A stretch of 64,000 nt of DNA from a virus (taxonomy: Duplodnaviria > Heunggongvirae > Uroviricota > Caudoviricetes), in the IMG/VR virus record IMGVR_UViG_3300012933_000388, positions 1 to 64,000 of that record; one strand, given 5' to 3'. The notes under the pieces were generated by a model. The model was given only the letters and a program-made list of their open reading frames with translations. It searched no databases and was not told the origin of the DNA. Positions 56,476-64,000 of this stretch are shown here, in pieces. The number at the start of each line of letters is the position of its first letter. Position 1 is the first letter of the stretch. A program made the position numbers and the translations under genes.

Positions 56476-56748
56476 ATGGTAAGACCAGTAGGACGAGTTG
56501 GAGTAGATTTAGCGGGGGGCGTACTTGCTACCCCACTGTATCCTAACGTCACCGTCAACGGTGCCCCAATCGCCGTCGTTAAAACAAAAATTACACCACA
56601 TGGGCCTTCGCCTCACAACGTATCGATGATGGCTACTGGTAGTCCTAATGTATTTGTTGGGGCAGCAAGAACTCCAGTGTGCTCTGCGGGCGATATTGCA
56701 ACTTGCGGACACCCTCTAATATCAAAATCAAACGTGTTTGTAAACTAA
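56476..56748 (+). CDS. PAAR-repeat spike tip protein (gp5.4-like)
   Basis: 90 aa. HGPSPHN...GSPNVFVGAARTPVCSAGDIATCGH pattern. Confidence 0.7.
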   Translation: MVRPVGRVGVDLAGGVLATPLYPNVTVNGAPIAVVKTKITPHGPSPHNVSMMATGSPNVFVGAARTPVCSAGDIATCGHPLISKSNVFVN

Positions 56749-56749
56749 C

Positions 56750-57178
56750 ATGACAATAACAACAGTAGCAGATAGATACACATCGACTGACATTAAGACC
56801 GAGCTATTCAGCGATCTAGGCGTCAACTTTCAATTGCATCCCGGTAAGCGGGATCTCGTTCGTTTAACGGATGAGAGCTCTGTCAAGCGATCGATTGTTA
56901 ATTTGTTATTGACTGACTATCACGAGCGATTCCATCAGCCATATCTTGGCGCTAACATTAAGCATTTGTTGTTTGAACCGGCCACTGAAGACACATTGTC
57001 CCTACTAAGACATAGAATTTTGACTTGTATTAGTAAATTCGAGCCACGCGCAAATGTAATCTCGTTGAGAGTGACTACAACCCCTGATGAGCACCACGTT
57101 CAAGTGAATATGGTGTTTAGTGTAGTGAACACCTCAACCCCTGTATCACTTAACCTCCTTCTTAATAGAGTACGATAA
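56750..57178 (+). CDS. gp25: baseplate wedge protein (GPW/gp25 family)
   Basis: VKRSIVNLLLTDYHERFHQPYLGANIKHLLFEP is the gp25 signature. Confidence 0.8.
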   Translation: MTITTVADRYTSTDIKTELFSDLGVNFQLHPGKRDLVRLTDESSVKRSIVNLLLTDYHERFHQPYLGANIKHLLFEPATEDTLSLLRHRILTCISKFEPRANVISLRVTTTPDEHHVQVNMVFSVVNTSTPVSLNLLLNRVR

Positions 57179-58986
57179 TGGCCAATAGTAACGGTTCAGT
57201 CAACCTTGTCAATCTAGACTTTGATACCCTAAAGTCATCATTTAAATCATATCTGAGCTCACAGACGGCGTTTCGGGACTACAACCTCGAAGGATCGAAC
57301 CTGAGTGTGTTGCTCGATGTGATGGCATACAACACATATATCAACTCATTCTACTTAAACATGGTAGCGAGCGAGATGTATTTGGATACAGCACAGCTGA
57401 GAGCTAGTGTAATATCGCACGCTAAAGAATTAAACTATACTCCTCGTTCGTTTAGATCGGCCAAGGCTATTGTTAATCTAGCCATTGCGCCAACCAATCC
57501 GACCGGAATTACTACAGTTACTGTTCCGCGTGGAACATCCTTCACTAGTAAGGTTGGCTCAAACACATATACGTTCACAGTTCCAGATAACTTGCTGATC
57601 ACTGGTTCGATCGATGGCGTCTTTTATGCAAGCAACGTTGCGTTGTATGAAGGATCGTTGATTACTGACACGTTTGTATATAACTCATCTAACGAGGGAC
57701 AGCGTTTCATCTTGTCAAACCCGACCGTAGATACCACAAGCCTGCGTGTATATGTTACTGAGAACAATGGTAGTTCGGTATTGCAATATCAACAAGCAAC
57801 ATCATACTTGGGCATGACAGCATCGACCCAAGGATTCTTCGTGCAAGCTGCTGAGAATGATTTGTATGAGATATTATTCGGTAATGGCGAGCAAGGACGT
57901 ATGCCTAGCCATGGAGCAATTATTTCCGTCGTATATCAAGTAGGTAATGGTGAGTTGCCAAACGGATGTAGTATATTCTCCAGCGATGATGCTATTGACG
58001 GCCACACCAATGTACGCGTGACTACAGTTCAAGACGCAATGGGAGGAGCCGTCCACGAAACGACACAGATGATTAGACGCAATGCGCCTAGATTCTATCA
58101 AACTCAAGAACGTGCCGTTACAGCCACCGACTACCAAACACTGCTCCAGCTTGCATATCCTGAAATTTCTGCAATTTATGTGTATGGGGGCGAAGAAGCT
58201 CAACCACCCCGATATGGTAAGGTGTTGGTATCTGTCGACATCGATAACGCCGATGGTGTATCTGACTCGAAGAAGGAAGAGTACAGAAAGTTTCTCAAAA
58301 CTAGATGTCCATTGACGATTGATCCTATCTTTATCGATCCTGAATTCCTGAACGTGGAAGTGTATAGCAATGTGTCTTATAACATCAACACGACTCCTGT
58401 ATCTGAGTCTGAGCTCATTTCAGCAATCAAGACTAAGGTTAGAGTATTCAACGAGCAAACGCTGAATGACTTCAACGCGGTATGTCGCTATTCAAAGCTC
58501 GTCAATGAAATCGATGCTACATCAGAGCACGTCATTAGTAATAGCACAGATCTGATGGTGTATAAGGAGTTGAATCCTACACTAAACTCTACAGAACCGT
58601 TTACGGTCAGCTTTTATAATAAACTCAAGTCGACACAGTCGTCTAGCACGCTTCACTCGTATACAGACAGTCACACAGTATCATCTACGTATTTTACATA
58701 CCAAGGCAACACCTGTAAGATAGAAGATGATGGGTATGGTGTGATACGTATCGTGGCACTCACCTATGGTACCACTGGTCATACTACTATAGTTAATATT
58801 GGTACTGTTGATTATGATACTGGTACTATTGTATTTGAGGGCGGTCTGCCGATCTCTGCATATGAAGGACCGTATATCCGCCTGCGTGTTGTCACTGATA
58901 GTAAGGACATCGACGCATCGCAGAATAACATTATCAGAATCAAGGATGATGACATTTACATCAACGTAACTGGTGAGCGTGCATAA
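57178..58986 (+). CDS. gp6: baseplate wedge protein (Baseplate_J / T4 gp6-like)
   Basis: TAATG junction after gp25. 602 aa. FDTLKSSFKSYL...SNLSVLLDVMAYN N-terminus typical of J-like proteins. Confidence 0.7.
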   Translation: MANSNGSVNLVNLDFDTLKSSFKSYLSSQTAFRDYNLEGSNLSVLLDVMAYNTYINSFYLNMVASEMYLDTAQLRASVISHAKELNYTPRSFRSAKAIVNLAIAPTNPTGITTVTVPRGTSFTSKVGSNTYTFTVPDNLLITGSIDGVFYASNVALYEGSLITDTFVYNSSNEGQRFILSNPTVDTTSLRVYVTENNGSSVLQYQQATSYLGMTASTQGFFVQAAENDLYEILFGNGEQGRMPSHGAIISVVYQVGNGELPNGCSIFSSDDAIDGHTNVRVTTVQDAMGGAVHETTQMIRRNAPRFYQTQERAVTATDYQTLLQLAYPEISAIYVYGGEEAQPPRYGKVLVSVDIDNADGVSDSKKEEYRKFLKTRCPLTIDPIFIDPEFLNVEVYSNVSYNINTTPVSESELISAIKTKVRVFNEQTLNDFNAVCRYSKLVNEIDATSEHVISNSTDLMVYKELNPTLNSTEPFTVSFYNKLKSTQSSSTLHSYTDSHTVSSTYFTYQGNTCKIEDDGYGVIRIVALTYGTTGHTTIVNIGTVDYDTGTIVFEGGLPISAYEGPYIRLRVVTDSKDIDASQNNIIRIKDDDIYINVTGERA

Positions 58987-61900
58987 TGAGTATACTTCTA
59001 CACGATAAGATCTCGCCTTTAATTGAATCGCAGTTTCCTGCCTTTTATAGGGAGGAAGGTCCTCAATTCGTTGCATTCGTAAAGGCATATTATGAATGGC
59101 TCGAGCAGACGAATAACCCACTGTATCATTCGCGCCATCTGCTGGACTATAAAGACATCGACCTCACGCTGGATGAGTTCGTACCTCACTTTGCATACAA
59201 ATACTTACACGGAACACAAACTTCAAAGATCGCATCTCAGCGTGATCTGATTAAACACTCACATGATCTTTACCAAACTAAAGGGACGATACAGTCGCTT
59301 GAGTTGGTATTTCGGATGTTGTTCGATCAGGATATTGAAGTGTATTATCCTGGAGATGATATTCTCCGAGCATCCGATGGTGTGTGGATTATCCCAAAAT
59401 ATATCGAGTTGTCTGTTAGCGACAAGGCTAGAGAGTTCGTCGGTAAGGATATTATAGGTAACTTGTCTGGATCAAGAGCGTTCGTTGAACGTGTCGATCG
59501 TAAAGTATTTGATGGTCGCGTTATCGATGTTGCATATTTGTCTAACGTACAACCAAACGTTGATACTGGTGCCACGTTCGTTTATGGTGAATATATCTCG
59601 ACTGATGGTATCATCAAGGATGCACCACGTGTAGTCGGATCATTAACTCGTGTTAACATCACGTCCTCAGGAAGTGGTTTTGCTGAGGGTGAAGTTGTAG
59701 ATATCGTATCTGACCGTCGTGGCCATAAAGGTACAGCGCGTGTAACTTCCGTTGGTAATAGAACTGGTGAAGTTAACTATAGATTGCTAGATGGGGGATA
59801 TGGGTATACGTTGAACGCCAACGTGTCTGGTATTTCCCAGAAGGTGTATGTGTCAGCCAACGTGCTATCGCTCACGTCGTTCACAAGCAGTAACACCTTC
59901 ACTAAAGGATTTCCAGAGTTTAGTACAATCGTCCAGCCTTTGACTGAGTTGTCATTCAGCACAGCCAACACCACATTCGCTGCGGGCGATATGATATATG
60001 GTACTACCAATACAACATCGAATGTCATAACTACTGGTTTTGTGTTGTCGGTTTCGCAAGCATTGGGATCTGGTACTCTATTGATATCCCCTCACACTAC
60101 AGCATTTGTTGATATCGATACTGTACAATTTGCTAATACGATCACGGGATCGTTTGCACTTGGCGAATCCATATATCAAACGAACAACAGCGGCAACTCA
60201 GCTGTTGGTGTTATCGTCGAAGCTAACTCTACGGTGATTGTTATTGATCAAAAGTATGGTCCTTTTGCAAATGGCGAACTGCTTGTTGGTAGCACGTCAG
60301 GAGCAACGGCCAACGCAACTGCTGTTAACACACGCGTATCTGACAACACCAATTTTACAGATAGTAATGTTACTCGAATCGTGATTGGTGAGACTGATCA
60401 GGGAGCGTATGTAACGGGAGCAACCGACGAGACGGCTTCAGCTAACGTCGTTGGATCCAATACTGGAGCTGTTGGGGTATTCAACATAACTAACAATTTC
60501 CGTGGCGGATCGTTTGCGCGCGTATACTCTCCTACCACTGGAGCGACGGCTGATATTACCGTAACAAGTAGTGGATATCCGGGACAATTTAAGATCGGTG
60601 CTATTGCAAACACGGAAGTTGTGTACCTTGGTGCGGATATGTTGAATGCTAATAATTCATCCAACGTGAGCTTCCTATCAGTCAATCTCGACGATCCTAC
60701 GTATGGGTTTTCAGCTAATGCTTCGGCAAACCTATCATCCGTACTTGCGTCTGCGTTCACTAAAAACCCATATACAATTGGTACGATTTTGTCGTTGACT
60801 GAACGTAACCCTGGTTTCGACAACACAGCTAAGCCGTTTGTTGTGGAGATTGAGCAGGTTGTGGCATCGTATGGTAAACGTAGCCGACTGACAGCAGGCG
60901 TAATTAATAGAGTGGGATCATACGGTATCGGCGAGACTGTAACTCAAACAATTAGCCTACCGCTTGCCAACGTTGGTATTACTAATGCAAGCAATACGTT
61001 CAATTTTAGCAGTAGAGAAACTATCAAACAAGTGCGTGCAGATGGGCACACTACATTTGGTGACCTATACACAACATCTGTTGTGGGTGCGAATGGATCA
61101 ATACGAATATTTGTTGCGAACACAGCGAACACATTTGACGCCTCAAACACGATCGTAGGTTTGGTATCCGGAAGTACTGCTAATGTGGTGTCGGTCGGTA
61201 TCACTAATACGAATATCGTTGCAGCGGGCATTGTTCGAGGTACTTTTGAAAATCAAATCGACATTCAACGAACCACGTTCACAGACTTCGTCAGAGATCT
61301 GCAGCTTTATGGATCTGAAACAGGTACAACATCTACTGTGATCACGCTCCAGGAAGATTCTTCCTCTGGGGTACTCGGCAATAATGCTTTCGTCGATCCA
61401 GAAGCAGGCATCTCCGACGGTCGAATTAATACACTCGAAGTGTTAGACTCAGGGTTCCTATATGAGGAAGGTGAACCGGTAATTGTGTCGGCACCAGGCA
61501 ATCAGATTACCGCTGCCGGTATTGCTCGTGTTGAGACTTATGGTACCTCACAAGGATATTGGAGAGGGGATCGTGGCACACTCGATAGTACTAAACGAAT
61601 TCAAGACAATGAATATTATCAAGAATACTCATATGAGATCCAGACTGGTCTTGATAAAGACAAATATGAGTCAGCAGTCAAGAGTCTAGCGCACGTCGTC
61701 GGCACAAAGATGTTTAGCAAATATGTCAACGTTTCTACGTCTAGTAAGCCTGTAGCAGCCGCTAATGCCACATACAATCGTATCACAACACTAACACTAA
61801 CGGGTGTATCGGGCACGTTTGCAAACAACGAAGTAGTTTCGCAGGCCGCCAATACTGCAAACGGTCGTGTTATATCGTTTAATGCGTCGCTAAATACATT

Positions 61901-62006
61901 GCAGCTAGTTGACACTACAGGATCGTTTATTGCAGCGGGAGTAGTAACAGGAGCAAACTCAACAGCTACCGGTACGATCTCCAGTACAAACCTTTTGTTT
62001 ATATAA
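58986..62006 (+). CDS. large baseplate wedge protein (gp7 position)
   Basis: 1006 aa between the gp6 and gp8 homologues. No motif-level match that I can verify. Confidence 0.45.
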   Translation: MSILLHDKISPLIESQFPAFYREEGPQFVAFVKAYYEWLEQTNNPLYHSRHLLDYKDIDLTLDEFVPHFAYKYLHGTQTSKIASQRDLIKHSHDLYQTKGTIQSLELVFRMLFDQDIEVYYPGDDILRASDGVWIIPKYIELSVSDKAREFVGKDIIGNLSGSRAFVERVDRKVFDGRVIDVAYLSNVQPNVDTGATFVYGEYISTDGIIKDAPRVVGSLTRVNITSSGSGFAEGEVVDIVSDRRGHKGTARVTSVGNRTGEVNYRLLDGGYGYTLNANVSGISQKVYVSANVLSLTSFTSSNTFTKGFPEFSTIVQPLTELSFSTANTTFAAGDMIYGTTNTTSNVITTGFVLSVSQALGSGTLLISPHTTAFVDIDTVQFANTITGSFALGESIYQTNNSGNSAVGVIVEANSTVIVIDQKYGPFANGELLVGSTSGATANATAVNTRVSDNTNFTDSNVTRIVIGETDQGAYVTGATDETASANVVGSNTGAVGVFNITNNFRGGSFARVYSPTTGATADITVTSSGYPGQFKIGAIANTEVVYLGADMLNANNSSNVSFLSVNLDDPTYGFSANASANLSSVLASAFTKNPYTIGTILSLTERNPGFDNTAKPFVVEIEQVVASYGKRSRLTAGVINRVGSYGIGETVTQTISLPLANVGITNASNTFNFSSRETIKQVRADGHTTFGDLYTTSVVGANGSIRIFVANTANTFDASNTIVGLVSGSTANVVSVGITNTNIVAAGIVRGTFENQIDIQRTTFTDFVRDLQLYGSETGTTSTVITLQEDSSSGVLGNNAFVDPEAGISDGRINTLEVLDSGFLYEEGEPVIVSAPGNQITAAGIARVETYGTSQGYWRGDRGTLDSTKRIQDNEYYQEYSYEIQTGLDKDKYESAVKSLAHVVGTKMFSKYVNVSTSSKPVAAANATYNRITTLTLTGVSGTFANNEVVSQAANTANGRVISFNASLNTLQLVDTTGSFIAAGVVTGANSTATGTISSTNLLFI

Positions 62007-62008
62007 GC

Positions 62009-63769
62009 ATGTCAAAAATATTCACTACAAAATTTAGAACAGCGGTTGTTGGTAGAATTATAACTACCAATCCAATATTCTACATGTTCCTTGGGAAGTC
62101 GCAAGAATTCCCAGACGACCTCAATCCTCCTGTGCCTACCGATCGTATATCGGAGACATATACAGGAGCATATGATTCGATGATCGTTGCTAAGTCCATC
62201 AAGACTACTGATATGTCTCCTATGATTCCACGCATTGACTGGCAAGCTGGGGTAGGGTATAAGGCATATCGTCAAGATTCTGGCTCGCTGTATGGAAACA
62301 ACTTTTATGTGTCCGTCAACTCCGGTAGTGGGTATGATGTGTTTAAGTGTTTAAGTAACAACGGCGTATTGTCTACCGTTCCACCGGACGCTACTGCAAC
62401 ATCCCCTTCCGATGATGTATATGAGACGTCGGATGGGTACCAGTGGAAATTCATGTACACTGTACCTAACGCAGTATTTACAAAATTTGCATCTAAAGAT
62501 TATATCCCAGTTTTTGCAAACGCCGCAGTCGTGGCCGCCGCCCAGCCTGGATCGATCGATTATGTTCAAGTAACGTATGGTGGATCAAATTACGACGCAA
62601 ACGCAAACGGCACCATTCAGGCAACGTCTGTTGGTGGTAATGCTCTAGTGCACATCATCGAATCTTCAGCATCCTCAAATGCTAACTTCTATACTGGGTC
62701 AGCGTTCAAGCTCACTACAGGGACAGGCGCCGGTCAGCAACGTACGGTTGCAGGATATCTGGTGTCAGGATCCACCAGAACTATTGTATTAGACCAGCCG
62801 TTTGATACGTCCCCAGATACCTCATCCACATACGAAATCACACCAAACGTGATAGCAGTTGGTAGTGGTAGCGATTTCCAAGCGCGCGCATTAATTAATA
62901 CAGCTGCTTCAAACTCTGTGTATAAGGTAGAGATTACCAATAGAGGCGTTGGGTATACTCACGGATCCCTATACGTTGCAGGTAACACAGGCGGTGTTAC
63001 AAACTCTGCCGCTGTAGAAGCTATCATTGGTCCTAAGGGTGGCCATGGATCAGATCCCATTAACGAGCTTGGTGGTAGGTATTTGTGTATCACTACCACA
63101 TTTAGTACAGCTGACGTAGAGGCAAACAACAAGGTACTCGACACAAGCAAGTTCCGTTCGATTGGTATTATATCCAATCCACTAATGGCCAACATCGAGT
63201 TGTCCTATACTAGTGCTACCGGTACCTTTATCGTTGGTGAGACCATCACTCAGCCAACCACAAATGCTGTCGGTAAGGTTGTAACCTACTCTGCTAATAC
63301 CATCACTCTGACTAACGTATCACGACACTTCCGCACTGGTAACTCCTCGGTGAATTATATCGTCGGTGGTAATTCTAGTGTGACTGCAGAAGTACTTGCT
63401 GTGAGAAACAACGGTAGTGCTAATCTGGTAGCAAACGTATCATATGCATGTCAACTCACTAAAGTTAATATATCGAGTCTTACAGGTGCGTTCGTACCTA
63501 ATGAGACTGTTACAATGACGGGTAACGTTGCAACATCCAATGCTGTTGTATATTTTGCTAACACATCCCAAGTGTGGTTAACTGAAGTTAGAGGAACTGT
63601 GGGTACCACAGTAGCTAGCTTGACTTCGGGGGCTTCTGCTCCTGTCGATTCCGTAATACCTCCTGATATTATATACGGAACTGGTGATATTTTCTATATG
63701 GAGAATTTTTCGCCGATAAATAAGTCATCAGGTCAAACAGAATCAATCAAAGCTATTATAGAATTCTAA
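62009..63769 (+). CDS. gp8: baseplate wedge protein (T4 gp8-like, enlarged)
   Basis: TTKFRT, NPPVPTD, MIPRIDW, YDVFKCL, DGYQWKFMYTVP, FRSIGIISNPL and GDIFYMENFSPI...TESIKAIIEF match the conserved blocks of T4 gp8 in order. Confidence 0.75.
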   Translation: MSKIFTTKFRTAVVGRIITTNPIFYMFLGKSQEFPDDLNPPVPTDRISETYTGAYDSMIVAKSIKTTDMSPMIPRIDWQAGVGYKAYRQDSGSLYGNNFYVSVNSGSGYDVFKCLSNNGVLSTVPPDATATSPSDDVYETSDGYQWKFMYTVPNAVFTKFASKDYIPVFANAAVVAAAQPGSIDYVQVTYGGSNYDANANGTIQATSVGGNALVHIIESSASSNANFYTGSAFKLTTGTGAGQQRTVAGYLVSGSTRTIVLDQPFDTSPDTSSTYEITPNVIAVGSGSDFQARALINTAASNSVYKVEITNRGVGYTHGSLYVAGNTGGVTNSAAVEAIIGPKGGHGSDPINELGGRYLCITTTFSTADVEANNKVLDTSKFRSIGIISNPLMANIELSYTSATGTFIVGETITQPTTNAVGKVVTYSANTITLTNVSRHFRTGNSSVNYIVGGNSSVTAEVLAVRNNGSANLVANVSYACQLTKVNISSLTGAFVPNETVTMTGNVATSNAVVYFANTSQVWLTEVRGTVGTTVASLTSGASAPVDSVIPPDIIYGTGDIFYMENFSPINKSSGQTESIKAIIEF

Positions 63770-63780
63770 GGAAGAGCTAC

Positions 63781-64000
63781 ATGCCATTAGACAAACAGGC
63801 AACGACCCTAAGACAGTCGCCATATTTCGACGATTACGACGAAACGAAAAATTTCCACAGAGTGTTGTTCAAGCCCTCGGTGGCTGTACAGGCTCGTGAG
63901 TTGACTCAACTGCAAACCATCTTGCAGTCGCAGATTGAGCGATTCGGTGATAACATTTACCAGACAGGAACAATCATCAAGGGTTGTTCCTTGATTACAG
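63781..64000 (+). CDS. baseplate/fibre-associated structural protein, 3' end outside window
   Basis: AAGGAAG SD. SPYFDDYDETKNFHRVLFKPSVAVQARELTQLQTILQ is a recurrent N-terminus of myovirus baseplate proteins (DUF4815-like). Confidence 0.45.
   Translation, partial: MPLDKQATTLRQSPYFDDYDETKNFHRVLFKPSVAVQARELTQLQTILQSQIERFGDNIYQTGTIIKGCSLIT

Noticed and set aside
1-64000. A search for tRNA genes, rRNA, integrase/att sites, and toxin-antitoxin or known defence-system signatures.
   Set aside because: The only tRNA-like T-arm (GGTTCGANTCC type) I could find is the tmRNA one at 43053-43069. I recognised no recombinase, rRNA or canonical defence-gene motifs.

Overview
This window is an internal segment of a large virulent T4-superfamily myovirus genome. 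I recognise gp32, gp59, gp33, gp4, gp53, gp27, gp5, gp25, gp6 and gp8-type genes. I saw no host chromosomal genes, rRNA, CRISPR array or integrase.

Positions 1-46.5 kb are an early/accessory region of roughly 140 short, tightly packed, mostly plus-strand ORFs, many coupled by ATGA or other start/stop overlaps. Only a minority carry recognisable motifs:
- RNA and translation related: RNA ligase, Toprim protein, P-loop kinase, Pol-beta-type nucleotidyltransferase, YqeY-like protein, a protein carrying the EF-Ts N-terminal domain, and an HD (p)ppGpp-hydrolase-like protein.
- Envelope and surface related: sulfotransferase, secreted DD-peptidase, a 1097-aa tail fibre, SPFH lipoprotein, type IV pilin-like protein and a GT9-like protein.
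- Other recognisable proteins: SLOG/DUF2493 protein, Lar-like protein and DUF932-like protein.
- Lysis, late transcription and replication: SleB-type endolysin plus a holin candidate, then gp33, gp59 and gp32 homologues.

The most unusual signals are:
1. A circularly permuted (two-piece) tmRNA gene at 43.03-43.46 kb with tag ANESSYALAA.
2. About 17 copies of one sigma70-type promoter cassette (TTGnCC-N17-TATAAT-AGAGTCA, with a dyad in the spacer) driving single-gene or few-gene units between 28.5 and 37.2 kb.
3. An AT-rich three-gene island at 28.56-29.74 kb whose coding strand is almost free of cytosine.
4. A minus-strand module at 26.6-28.3 kb with a nuclease-less homing-endonuclease-like gene and flanking repeats.
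5. A paralog family of at least 9 members sharing an FAELLxxEC motif.
6. Four promoter-N6-ATG arrangements that suggest leaderless mRNAs.

Positions 46.5-64 kb are the late structural module. A minus-strand block carries gp4, a gp2-like gene, a tube-fold protein and a tape measure with an SLT domain. A divergent plus-strand baseplate block runs gp48/54-like, gp53, gp27, gp5, PAAR, gp25, gp6, gp7-position and gp8, then a next structural gene truncated at the window end.

All functional calls rest on motifs I recognise by eye. No database search was possible.
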